Shown piece after piece: positions 12,849 to 24,406 of a stretch of 64,000 bases of DNA. The notes below the pieces were generated by a model that was not told the origin of the DNA, searched no databases, and worked only from the letters and a program-made list of their open reading frames with translations. The stretch comes from Octopus sinensis. Its lineage: Eukaryota. Each line of letters opens with the position of its first letter. Position 1 is the stretch's first letter. Location: the NCBI RefSeq assembly GCF_006345805.1, contig NC_042997.1:140368001-140432000 (forward strand). Reading direction: 5' to 3'. A program made the translations under genes and the position numbers.

Positions 12849-14012
12849 AAGTACATATGGTATGCAGTGCTTGCGGTAATGTGAAAAAATTCAGTTACCT
12901 TTTCTGAAAGTTTCTATGTTAATGTTGCTACTTTGAAACGATAGAAATGTTAGAAGGAAAATACATCTTGTGGAATGCAATGCAGTTCTTGCTAGCATTA
13001 AATGCTATTTATAATTTATTTGTAGTTTGTGAGAGAGACATGCAATTGACATTTCATACACATGCGTTTTCAATCGAAATACCTTCAAATCATATCTAAC
13101 TTCAGTTACCTAAATCAGCTCTTAAAACGCCAGGCTAAGAAAACAGTGGTAAAGGTATGTCACAGAAGCCAGTGCCTCCTTGCCCTATGAATTACAGAAA
13201 GGGTGTAGGAGATGGTGGTACACTTATGGGTTTTTTTTTGTTTTTTTTTTGAGAAACCAGCCTTCAGAAAAAAGGGAAGAAACCTCTGTGTGACAGGATG
13301 TGTGACTAGGAAAGGGCATATGGAAAAATGTTTCAGAGCGTAAGACTGAAGATGGGGCGAGAAAAAAGAAAGAGTAAGTCATGGCTGCTTGCAAACTACT
13401 GCCTAAATACATGGAGGAAATATAAGCTTGACAGCCTGAAATATTGTTACTGAACTTTCAGTTTTGGTTTTTCGTCATCTCTGAAGTATAGTACGAGTAG
13501 ATAGAATTCAAGGAGGAGCTTGACAACAACACGCGCTTTGGTGGTATGTGTATAGACCGAAAAAAAATCTCATATCCTCCAAAGTCTGCGTAATCATAGC
13601 AGTAATCCATTGAGGAATTAACCCAGATTTCTTACAGGGCAGAAGGCCCAGTTGCTGCACATGTACTAGTAAAGGCCATCTGAAGATCTGTCTAGAAGGG
13701 AAAAGTGAAAAGCTGGAAACTTAGGCTTGTCGGCAGCAGGGGAGGCAGCGTAAGCAACAGTATGCTCCATGACAACTGTCATCGCTGTTTGTAGAGCTCT
13801 ACTGGCTACAGATTCAAGTACGGCCAAAGTAAAAGAGTACAAAACCACCTCATTCTCAGTGCCTCACTCTATTGTGTCAGCAACTAATTATGGCCAAATG
13901 TTTTTTTTTCTTCCTGGGAGGTAATCGATTAAATACATCTTAGCAATTCACTATTAAAAAGACAAGAATAGTATTGACAGTGACTTCGAAGTTTCGGCTA
14001 GCTAAGACATCA

Positions 14013-14080
14013 TCGGACTATGTATGTATGTATGTATGTATGTATGTATGTATGTATGTATGTATGTATGTGTGTATGTA

Positions 14081-14115
<35 letters not shown>

Positions 14116-14142
14116 ATGTGTGTGTGTGTATGTATGTATGTA

Positions 14143-14189
<47 letters not shown>

Positions 14190-14258
14190 ATGTATGTATG
14201 TATGTATGTATGTGTGTGTGTATGTATGTATGTATGTATGTATGTATGTATGTATGCA

Positions 14259-14295
<37 letters not shown>

Positions 14296-14436
14296 ATGTA
14301 TACGTGTGTGTGTATGTGACAGAGAGAAAAAATAAAGAGAGAAAGAAAGAGTGGGAGAGCAAGAGAGAAATAAAGAGAGAAAGAAAGTGAGAGAGAAATA
14401 TAAAAAGAGAAAGAAAGAGTGAGAGAGAGAGAGGGA

Positions 14437-14471
<35 letters not shown>
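14013..14471. repeat. Compound (TATG)n/(TG)n/(GA)n microsatellite
   Basis: Directly visible; source of several spurious ORFs. Confidence 0.95.
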
Positions 14472-14472
<1 letters not shown>

Positions 14473-14929
14473 ATATGGTCTAGTGGTTGGGGTAGTGCAC
14501 TCACGATCGTGAGATCGTGGTTTCAGTTCCTGGACCGGGAGGTGCGTTGTGTTCTTGCGCAAAGCACTTCATCTCACGTTCATCTCACTGGGCCAAATGT
14601 ATACATTTCCCCAAAAAGAGGAATTAATCTACACCATTGAATACAAATAAAGTCGCAGGTCCTACATCAGAATTTTCCTTCTCCTAGAGAGATTTCTAAA
14701 TAATCTTTAAATGTCTCTCTCACTCCAAGTTGTTGGATGGCCTTTGGCCTTACTAATTTCGTCTGCTCTTTGATAGGTTTTGCTTTTCGTCCCGCGGTGT
14801 GTTTTAAACGAAAGCCATCTTCCTTACCAAGCAGGCTTGGTAGGGTTGCCTCTTTAGTCGTTGAATGTCCGACCCTGCGTCAAGTCGTACTGAATTACAT
14901 GTTACTTGTAACACTGAGAGTGAAAGCAA

Positions 14930-15243
14930 GTGACTTAGTGGTTAGGATGCTCAGCTCACCATCATAAGGTTTTGGTTTCGAAAACCGGCAGCGCGTTGTG
15001 TCCTTGAGCAAGACACTTTATTTCACATTACTCCAGTCCACTCAGCTGGCAAAGATGAGTAGTACCTGGATTTGAAAGGGCCAGCCTTGTCACATTCTGA
15101 GTCACGCTGAATCTCCCTGAGAACTGCGTTAAGGGTACGCGTGTCTGTGAAGTACTCAGCCACTTGCACGTTAATTTCACGAGCAGGCTGTTCCGCTGAT
15201 CGGATCAACTGGAACGCTCATCGTCGTAACCGACGGAGTGCCA
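14930..15243 (+). mobile_element. tRNA-derived SINE, family D (related head also at 14472-14590)
   Basis: A/B-box-like head (tagtggttagg..ggtttcgaaa), tgtgtccttgagcaagacact central motif, tail ..gtaaccgacggagtgcca. Confidence 0.7.
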
Positions 15244-15419
15244 GTAACACTAAGAGTGACCTGATGTTCATATACACAAATAAGCTGCGTCTACCAAATT
15301 CATTCACAAGTCATTAGTCGGCGCTAAAAACTTTCTCAAAATGTTGCGCTGTGGGACCGAACCTGAAACCTGCGTGCCTGCATAGCAAACTTCTTAACTA
15401 CACGGCCATGATAATTTAT

Positions 15420-15667
15420 ACCTTCCGTCTTTTATCTTTACTTCAGTCATTGGACCGCAGCCATATTGGGAACCGTCCTGAAGGGTTTAGTCGAGCAAAT
15501 AGACCCCAATATATATTTTAAAATCTGGTACTTATTCTAACAGCCGCTTTTGCGAAAAAAAACTAAGTTACAGGAACATAAACAAACCAAGACCGGTTGT
15601 GAAGCGGGTGGAGACTAATACACACACACACTCATACACACACACACACACACACACGAACACACAC

Positions 15668-15754
<87 letters not shown>

Positions 15755-15925
15755 AACATACGACGAGCTTCTTTCAGTTTCCGCCTATCTAATCAACTCA
15801 TAAGATTTTGGTCAACCCAGAGCTATAGTAAAAAAATTCCTGCCCAAGGTGCCGCGCAGCGGGACTGAACTTAAGATCACATTGCTGGGAAGCGAGTTTC
15901 TCAACGACACAGTCACGCCTGTGCC
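15420..15925 (-). mobile_element. Family-B SINE, diverged, with internal (TCTA)n; partial copy at 15290-15410
   Basis: Reverse complement of family-B halves flanking a microsatellite. Confidence 0.7.
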
Positions 15926-15955
15926 TGTAGCCACGCCCTATAGCCATCTAATTAT

Positions 15956-15999
<44 letters not shown>

Positions 16000-16158
16000 T
16001 ACACTCGTAAGGTGTTTTAAGTACATTTGACATTTCATCAGCACTTTTTATCAACATTAGTGTCGTCTATAGAATCAGGTTAACACCCTGTAATAATACT
16101 TAAATATAAATCGTACTTTTCAGAACAGATTGAGATGAATCGAATTACACATAACTGG

Positions 16159-16387
16159 GAGGTAAGCTGGCAGAAACGTTAGCACGTAAGGCGAAATGCT
16201 TTGTGTTATTTCGTCTGCCGCTACGTTCTGAGTTCAAATTCCGCCGAGGTCCACTTTGCCTTTCATCCTTTCGGGGTCGATTAAATAAGTACCAGTTACG
16301 CACTGGGGTCGATATAATTGACTTAATCCGTTTGTGTCCTTGTTTGCCCTCTGTGTGTTTAGCCCCTTGTGGGTAGTAAAGAAATAG
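16159..16387 (+). mobile_element. Family-A SINE
   Basis: agctggcagaaacgttagcacg..gagttcaaattccgccgagg..cctttcatcctttcggggtcgat..gtagtaaagaaatag. Confidence 0.9.
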
Positions 16388-16519
16388 GTATTTCGATTGA
16401 AAAGACGTGTGTGTAAAAATTACTTGTATTCTAAAAGTAGCATTTAACCCTAAAATGTTGATGGCCTTTTGCCAAAATATGAAATGGATGTGTGTGTCTA
16501 TATATTCCTATATTCTTTT

Positions 16520-16712
16520 ATTTGTTTCAATCATTTGACTGCGGCCATGCTGGAGCACCGCCTTTAGTCGAACAAATCGACCCCCAGGACTTATACTTTG
16601 TAAGCCTAGTACTTATTCTATCCGTCCTTTTTTGCCGAGCCGCTAAGCTAGGGAGACGTAAACACACAAGCATCAGTTGTCAAGCGATGGTGGAGGGACA
16701 AACACAGACACA

Positions 16713-16775
<63 letters not shown>

Positions 16776-16930
16776 CTGGCTTCTTTTCAGTTTCCGTCTA
16801 CCAAACCCACTCACAAGGCTTTGGTCGACCGGAGGCTATAGCAGAAGGCACTTGCCCAAGGTGCCATGCTGTGAGACTGAACCCGGAACCATATAGTTGG
16901 TGAGCAAGCTACTTACCACACAGCCACTCC
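16520..16930 (-). mobile_element. Family-B SINE, near full length
   Basis: Reverse complement of ggagtggctgtgtggtaagtagc head to aaatgattgaaacaaataaaag tail; internal (CA)n. Confidence 0.85.
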
Positions 16931-16931
16931 T

Positions 16932-17108
16932 AAGCTTAAAGCCTATAAGCGATCACCGTATATTGACTAAAGAAAATCGTCTAGTATTGGGGCATACAAG
17001 CCCTCGACAGAAAAAGTAGGTTTTCTGTACGCATGGGACCCGAACCCACACCTCTTATATTCGCGGTTAGTGTGCTAACCATTGTGATCGCTTATAAGCT
17101 TTAAGCTT
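16932..17108 (-). mobile_element. Small element with 25-bp inverted termini enclosing a tRNA-like head
   Basis: aagcttaaagcctataagcgatcac (16932-16956) and gtgatcgcttataagctttaagctt (17084-17108), one mismatch; minus strand caatggttagc..ggttcggtccc resembles A/B boxes. Confidence 0.6.
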
Positions 17109-17419
17109 GTAAATCTTCTTCTTCTTCTTCTTCTTCTTCTTCTTCTTCTTCTTCTTCTTCTTCTTCTCTCTTCTTCTTCTTCTTTTTCTTCTTCCTTCTC
17201 TTCTTCCTCCCCTCCTCCTCCTCCACCACCACCCACCACGCACCAGCACCACCACCACCACCACTTCCTCCTCCTCTTCCTCCTCGTACTCGGGCTTGTT
17301 TGTTCTGTTTGCGCGGTCTTCTTTTCTCTTTCCAGAACATCATAGTTACACAAAAAATTCAAGTCCGTTAGTCTGTAATAGCTAGTCGATTCTCTGAATC
17401 CATACCTTATACAACAAAT

Positions 17420-17590
17420 GTGTGTGTGTGTGTGATGGGCTTCCTTCAATTTCCACTTACAAATCTACTCAAAAAATTTTGGTCAGTTCGAGGCACTAAT
17501 ATAAGGTACTTGCCCAAGGTAACTGCAGTGGCACTGAACTCAGAACCATATATGATAGGGAAGCAAACCTCTTACCACAGAGCCACGCAT
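17420..17590 (-). mobile_element. Family-B SINE 5' half, diverged
   Basis: Reverse complement of the head through ggaaattgaaggaagcccatc. Confidence 0.65.
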
Positions 17591-17603
17591 GCACCTTTGC
17601 AAA

Positions 17604-17647
<44 letters not shown>

Positions 17648-18101
17648 AGAGGTGACATTAACTTTTCTTTCATCAACAGATTATTTAAGTTTCCTTAACA
17701 GTGGTTGAAAAGTGGTTCACTGCTGGGAAGAAAACATTTTAGATAAGATGTCACCCTGAAATATTCTTGTTGATAGCTTAATTCTGTTAATGACAAATAC
17801 AGTAGCTTCAGTTCTTATCGATAGGTCTGTGTACGAAGCTATCAGTCTCTTAATGGCATCGATTATAGTGGTTGAAACCTTGGCAAGGCATAGTAACGTT
17901 ATACGTTATGGTCAAAACAGATCAAACATCTTATTGTTCAGACATTGAGTCAGCACATTTCTGAATGTCACTTTACTGTTCCTTAAGGACAACTTTGTTG
18001 ATAAAGAGCTGGTTGGCACAACCCCCAAGCTCCTCTTTTTCTTTCTGCCTGTTACGTTTTATGCTCTGCATTGATTTTGGAAGAATACACTCTAGCAACC
18101 G

Positions 18102-18332
18102 AAGGCGGCGAGCTGGCAGAAGCGTTAGCGCGCTGGGCGAAATGCTTAGCAGTATTTCGTCTGTCGTTACGTTCTGAGTTCAAATTCCGCCGAGGTCGAC
18201 TTTGCCTTTCATCCTTTCGGGTCGATTAATAAAGTACCAGTTTCGCACTGGGGTCGATGTAATCGACTTAATCCGTTTGTCTGTCCTTGTTTGTCCCCTC
18301 TATGTTTAGCCCCTTGTGGATAGTAAAGAAAT
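18102..18332 (+). mobile_element. Family-A SINE with 17-bp target-site duplication
   Basis: TSD atacactc[t/c]agcaaccg at 18085-18101 and 18333-18349. Confidence 0.95.
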
Positions 18333-19014
18333 ATACACTCCAGCAACCGTTTGTACAACTGATACTTTACATTGGGGCATATGGTAGGCTTACATTTTGG
18401 TCATAGTCGTCTCCTCACTGTTACAGGTACATGAACAAGTAATGTTGTTTTGTCACCTGTTAGCCAACCTGATACATCAAGCTTAGTGTTCATTTTCGTT
18501 TGAACAAGTTAACGAGGGCTGCCTTGTTAAATCCGAGCTTTCTGTATTAATAACCGACTATCAAGTCTCTGATTTTCTATTTAATTATTTTGCAACAACC
18601 ACCAGGTGAGTTTCAAAAGTTGATATTATAAGTTGTGGAGAGGGCGTTTGCACAGTACTCATTCCGTAGCTCATTTAGTCACATTGTATCACGGCTGTAT
18701 TGTCTATTTAGATTCTAGATCTCTCCTCAGAATGACTCTAGATTATTCGGCTTTTAGGAACTTGATGAAATAGCCTTTCATACTGCGATGTATTACGTGT
18801 GGATTTAGTGCAAACTCGTGATCAATAGCTCTACGTTCAAGTAATATCTTACAATAGTAGCATTTCTCACAGTTCGTGTTTAAGGCAATTAGCTTACTCA
18901 GTAATGCCCCTTTATAGACAATTCTCGTAGACTCGAGATAATCTATCATAAAGCCACAGCTAGTTGTTCGTGAACTTATAATTTACTTTGCACTTGATGG
19001 TATCTAATTCTCAA

Positions 19015-19249
19015 GAAGGCGGCGAGCTGGCAGAAACGTTAGCATGCCGGGCGAAATGCGTAACCGTATTTCGTCTGCCGCTACGTTTTGAGTTCAAATT
19101 CCGCCGAGGTCGACTTTGCCTTTCATCCTTTCGGGGTTGATAAATTAAGTATCAGTTACGCACTGGGGTCTATGTAATTGACTTAATCCGTTTGTCTGTC
19201 CTTGTTTGTCCTCTCTGTGTTTAGCCCCTTGTAAGTAGTAAAGAAATAG
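19015..19249 (+). mobile_element. Family-A SINE with 15-bp target-site duplication
   Basis: TSD gtatctaattctcaa at 19000-19014 and 19250-19264. Confidence 0.95.
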
Positions 19250-20275
19250 GTATCTAATTCTCAATATTTTTTTCTAAGTCTGCTGGTGTTTTTGGTTGTC
19301 TTCACATTATGTCACTTCCTGTTACTCCGGTCTGTTGGCGAATAGTTTACCAAAATACATAGTTGGACATACAATATCCAAAAATTGAAATTCTCGGTCT
19401 GTGGTCAATGTTCTTTAGAAAAATCAATTGATCAATTAATTAAAGATAACATCAGATTGGAATGTTTTCTAACGATTCATGTCATGATTGTTCTTTCATG
19501 TAATTATTTATTAATGTAGATGAATGCTTTTCTTGTTATTTTTTCTGCTATGTTTGTTTATATTTTTCGCTAGTTTCTGTTTATTTATAAGCAACAATGT
19601 GTTTTTCGTGTAATGGCAGTATGTTAATCTCATTGTTATGTTTGTTATTGTTACTCCATCGGTTATTGATTTCGTTATTTACCATCTTCTTAGGAGAAGA
19701 AATCCACTTATCTGTTCTTACTTTTATTTGATGAACGATGTTGACGGTCGGCAGGTATACAACAGCTTTTTACTCGACAAACGTAGTTTGTTGTAATGCG
19801 AATAGTTGGGGTAATTTAAATCCTTGTGACTCTTCAGTATTTATGAACTCGATCGAGGGAGCTTCCTTAGCTTTTCATAAAATTCATGTAGGTTTGATTA
19901 AATTCAAAAGTCTACTGAAATTTCTCTCGATAGTTCCGCAACCTGCGATAGCGGACCCCAGTCTCTTGTCCGACCACGGTCTGCGTAGGAGTAATTCCAC
20001 GAGTTGGGTTTCTATTTATTCCATCACTTAATTACTGCTATGATTTTCTCTAAAAAAAAGTTCTTCGTTGTGTAACCAGTTTATTTTATTTTATTTTCTA
20101 CCAGGCTTGTATCAATGGCAAAAGTTTGGGGGATACACGTAAGGCGAATAGTTTCCTCATGCCGACGTAACTGACTTCGACACCGTGTGTATGTATGTAT
20201 GTATGTATGTATGTATGTATGTATGTATGTATGTATGTATGTATGTATGTATGTATGTACGTACGTACGAATGTG

Positions 20276-20306
<31 letters not shown>

Positions 20307-20344
20307 TGTGTGTGTGTTGTGTGTGTGTGTATGTGTGTATGTTC

Positions 20345-20715
20345 AAAGGAACAATTGGAATTGGAACTGTAATCAACAGTGAACACTGGATATGTATTAT
20401 ATGTGACCGTATTCTCTTGTTCAAAAGCCGGATACGCGAACCATATGAAGTCGCATTAAAATCATAATGCCCATTTAGGTAATGATCTTGAACACCAACC
20501 ACCTCTTACGGCTTGTATCATATGTCAAAACACTTTTAAGAGAATATCTGGACTTAAAAGACATATGCTAGTTCACAAAAACACTCCTTCAGAATCAGAT
20601 TCCAAAGAGCAAAGACGTAGAAGAAGCTTGAATAACACTTGTCACATGTCTTTTAAACCCTGTCAGTCAACAGCTGGTCTTAAATGTCACCTAAGGGCGC
20701 ATCAACATAGTGATT
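20345..20715 (+). pseudogene. Three degenerate C2H2 zinc fingers, probably a LINE ORF C-terminal tail
   Basis: CIICDRILL/SKAGYANHMKSH (frameshift), CIICQNTFKRISGLKRHMLVH, CHMSFKPCQSTAGLKCHLRAH; no TGEKP linkers; analogous to the RTE tail at 25900-26430. Confidence 0.7.
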
Positions 20716-20789
20716 GTACTGTGTGATGGGGTGTGTGTGTTTATGGGATGGCTATCATCTCCCAAGACGAAGCAATCATCGTATATGTA

Positions 20790-20975
20790 TGTATGTTATT
20801 ATTTAGTTTATTTCAAGATTTGTTGCCAATAGAGAAAGAACCGGATTCTAACCTAGATTCAACACTCCTTCGGTGGAATTTCAACATCAACAACATGGTA
20901 TGTATGTATGTATGTATGTATGTATGTATGTATGTATGTATGTATGTATGTATGTATGTATGTACGTACGTACGA

Positions 20976-21014
<39 letters not shown>

Positions 21015-21690
21015 TATGTTCAAAGGAACAATTGGAATTGGAACTGTAATCAACAGTGAACACTGGATATGTATTATATGTGACCGTATTCTCTTGTTCA
21101 AAAGCCGGATACGCGAACCATATGAAGTCGCATTAAAATCATAATGCCCATTTAGGTAATGATCTTGAACACCAACCACATGGTATGTATGTATGTATGT
21201 ATGTATGTATGTATGTATGTATGTATGTATGTATGTATGTATGTATGTATGTATGTATGTATGTATGTATGTATGTATGCATGCATGTATGCATGCATGC
21301 ATGCATGCATGCATGCATGTATGTATGTATGTATGCATGTATGTATGTATGTATGTATGTATGTATGTATGTATGTATGTATGTATGTATGCATGTATGT
21401 ATGTATGTATGTGCAGATTTGTATGTTTTATGCATGTATTCTCATGCATATAGTTGAATATCTAGACATGCTCATATATATTTAAATGATAAACTTCTTG
21501 AAAGTTTTACACATTTTTACAGTTCCAGTGATGGATTGGATCTGTAGCCTTCGAATTAGCTTTCTCCTTTCTGGTTTTGAGAAGCCTAATTTCTCAAGAT
21601 TGGTGTTTAGGCAGTGTGTTACATATCCCAGGGCCCCTATAATTAAAGGTATAAACCTGAACTTGTAATCTGGATAGAGTAACTGTAAAT
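20790..21690 (-). pseudogene. RLE-type LINE 3' end (ORF end plus 3' UTR) with an inserted duplication
   Basis: LQLLYPDYKFRFIPLIIGALGYV..LGFSKPERRKLIRRLQIQSITGTVKMCKTFKKFII*; 3' UTR homologous to 60420-60730; ends in (TACA)n. Confidence 0.75.
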
Positions 21691-21949
21691 GTATGTATGT
21701 ATGTATGTATGTATGTATGTATGTATGTATGTATGTATGTATTATAACTGTAATCTCCTAATTAGATGTGTTCCCTTCTGTTTTTGTGAAACTCAGCTTT
21801 TCAGGATTAGGGCTAAGGCAATTAGTTACGTTCCCAATTGCTTCAATAGTAATTAGCAAAACCTTAAAGCAATATGGCGGATGGTGTTATCGTACATTTC
21901 TTATCAGCTTGACAGAGATGTTTTTCTTTTTCACTGAACTTTAACATTG

Positions 21950-22200
21950 ACATCTGCCACACTACTGATTTCTACAGATTAAGACCTTTAAACCCGTTAC
22001 CCGCTTCTTTGCCCACGCGCATCCTTTCCCTGTTGAGCTCCCTGTGAGTCATATGTCATTTTATTCTATTAGCTTCTTTCCACAAACTGCTGCTCTCTGG
22101 AACTCACTACCATCGTTTGTTTTCCTCTGGTCCATGATATTCAGCCCTTTAAACTTTCTGGCAATCAATATCCTTTACCTTTCTCAGCCCCTGCGTTTCC
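21950..22200 (+). pseudogene. Jockey/CR1-group LINE ORF2 extreme C-terminus
   Basis: HPFPVELP..YSISFFPQTAALWNSLPSFVF, matching the SFFPRT..LWNSLP motif. Confidence 0.7.
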
Positions 22201-22279
22201 TTCCTTATAGACCCTTACGCTACAGTTGCCTCAAGTTGTCAAGCGACGGTGCGGTACAAGCACAATCACAAACACAAAG

Positions 22280-22316
<37 letters not shown>

Positions 22317-22551
22317 ATTTAAGGTATCTAAGAGATACCACCATGCTAGAAATAGCAGTCAAAACTTGACTCTAAAGCCACATTAAATGTTCATGCAGCA
22401 CCAGGAGAGGCGGACAAATTAAACTGGCCGTGTGCATACGTGCATATATATGTATGTATACGTTCGTATACATACATATATATCGTATGTTATATATATA
22501 TATATATATATAATATATATATATATTTGGATTTATGTGCTATCTGAGTAT

Positions 22552-22610
22552 ATTCCACTGATGAAGGCAGAGCATTTCTTATGCAGAGTCAGAAATCCGA
22601 GATCTGGAAT
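22552..22610 (+). ncRNA. Type I hammerhead ribozyme motif (AUC site) with extended stem II
   Basis: Stem I attcca/tggaat, CTGATGA, stem II ggc/gtc plus gcat/atgc, GAAA, stem III atc/gat, cleavage after C22604; A-A mismatch at the base of stem II. Confidence 0.7.
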
Positions 22611-22779
22611 TATCCAGTAATTTTTTGCTAGTTTATTCTGTCTCTTTGTCTTCTCTCTCGGTGCTGTATGAACATTTAATGTGGTTTTAGAGTCATGTTT
22701 TGGCTGCTATTTCCAGCGCGGTGGTATCTCTTAGATACCCTAAATTCTATATGTGTGCGTGTGTGCGCGCGCCCGCGTC

Positions 22780-23000
22780 TTTGTGTTTGTGCTTGTACCC
22801 CACCATTGCTTGACAAATGTTATTTTTGTGTTGGTGTACTTACGTCTCTGTAACTTAGCGGTTCGGTGAGACTGAATAGAATAAGTACCATGCTTAAAAG
22901 AAATAAGTTCTGTAGTCGATTCATTCGACTAAAAATTCTTCAAGGCGGTGCCCCAGCATATCCACAGTTAAATGATTGAAAGAAATAAAGAGTAAAAAGT
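22780..23000 (+). mobile_element. Family-B SINE 3' half
   Basis: gcttgacaa..gtaacttagcggttcgg..aaggcggtgccccagcat..aaagagtaaaaag. Confidence 0.7.
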
Positions 23001-23559
23001 TAAAGACTTCCTAAAACAAAGGCTCAATTTTTGCTTTAGAGTTATCTCCCTTGATTGAGGTTGCTGTTTGGCAATTGCTGTACGAATAATGTTGTTCGGC
23101 AACGTCGACAGAATTGTCTTTCTCTAACAGTGAAAAACTGTCCATCGGTGACATTCCCTGTTTAGGTGACGGATCGAGCAGTTTCCACTCGACAAAGGCG
23201 TGCATTCACCAGTATGATTTGAAAAAAACACATTTACCACTATGATGCTACATTTTCCGTATTTTCCAAAACTATTTATATGAATTGATTTTATTGGAGT
23301 TATTTCCCCTTCTCGTAGCATCGCAGTTTCTGACATTTTAAACAAGTTTCTTACATTTTGTCAGCAAATTGTCTAAATAAACTCAATTAATCGAAGTCTT
23401 TGGCTCGCTGTATACATATACGAGATGCCACCATTCTAATTTAGCAGCAATACTCTTATACATACACGCATACACACACGCACACACAAATCGCAATGAG
23501 GTTTCGTGATGTTGCGATTTCAGTTCATGTGTGTGTATGTGTGCCCATTGTTATCATTG

Positions 23560-24245
23560 GATGGATCGAGATATGCGCAGAGAGACAAAACTGCATTGCA
23601 TGCATTCATATCCGAGCATTGTTGATTACTGGAGTTAAATCGAACAGTTGGTATCGCGTGTAGAACGAAACTAGATATCGGACGAATTTATCGAAAGAAT
23701 CACTCCACCATTCACCTTTCACAAACAAATGCAGGCAGTGTTCCTCTGTCTAATGGCTATAGCAACAGAGGTTATGTGGTGGACGCGGTTGAAACGACCG
23801 AGGAAAGATATCTTACTGGTCAAGCCTTCATCGACTTCTTAAGTTCCACCTGTAAATGAAAGTGAGAGTGGAGAGGAAAGCGCTACCTCCCAGTGAATTT
23901 ATGAAAAATGGGTGACTAGGGCGAAAAGGGTTAAGGTGGATGGTCTTACTCTAAGCATGCATATCTAGATTGGAGAACAACGTTTGGGAGAGTGCACGTA
24001 TCCTTCGCGTTCAGGGAAATTATGGGTCTATCAAGCTCCTAGATTGGCCCTTGTTGCAATTTCTACTGTACCAGGAGGCCTGCATAATTCATGAGATCGC
24101 ATATTTTGTTTATGTATACTTTTATACTACTTCACCGTGCTTTCCCTTTTTTAAAACCCTTTTTATGTAAACCCCGACACAAATTGTAACTGTCATTGTG
24201 GTGTCCCCTAGATCTAGGGTCCTGTGACAAATAAAAGAAATTATA
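23560..24245 (+). pseudogene. L1/Tx1-clade LINE 3' end (ORF2 C-terminus plus 3' UTR)
   Basis: TALHAF, AVFLCLMAIATEVMWWTRLK, KFHL*MKVRVERKALPPSEFM/KWVTRAKRVKVDGLTLSMHI*; UTR ends aaataaaagaaattat. Clade assignment is from memory of such C-termini. Confidence 0.6.
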
Positions 24246-24406
24246 TCATTGATTTTTTAGCGTTGACGTCACATCAGTGACTTGATGGCCGAAAGGTTCG
24301 CGCAAACTCGATTTCCAAACTTTTCAACTATAATAAAATGATATATGTACTACGATTCAAGTTCTATTAACTCGTTTGTATAGAAAACGTTTGTACATAT
24401 GAAGTA

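Larger units (their letters stand above)
17650..20183 (-). pseudogene. RLE-type (R4/Dong-like) LINE, 5' part to RT domain, heavily decayed
   Basis: Minus-strand translation across frameshifts: GWLTGDKTTLL, PTICPNVKYQLY, GAWGCANQLFINKVVLK, RIFQGDILS; begins next to (TACA)n at 20185; two family-A SINEs inserted. Confidence 0.7.

Noticed and set aside
13140-13870. Decayed piggyBac-like transposase (PVPPCPMNYRKGVGDGG)
   Set aside because: Single weak motif resemblance; no further DDD motifs or TTAA termini.
13974-14562. Many long ORFs rich in H/T/Y/I or C/V/M/Y (also 20859-21485, 36665-39065, 58378-58872)
   Set aside because: They are translations of (CA)n, (TACA)n and (TA)n tracts, which lack stops in several frames; no coding signal.
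17100-17285. Poly-K/E/R and poly-G ORFs (also 51200-51345)
   Set aside because: Compound trinucleotide microsatellites (CTT, CCT, CCA); not genes.
20110-20183. HDV-like ribozyme at the RLE LINE 5' end (also 62800-62860)
   Set aside because: Only a simple hairpin can be drawn; there is no room for P2/P3/L3 and no J4/2 motif.
23920-23935. aagggttaa as a piggyBac terminus
   Set aside because: It lies in frame within the L1/Tx1 ORF2 C-terminus (RAKRVK) and no matching left end was found.
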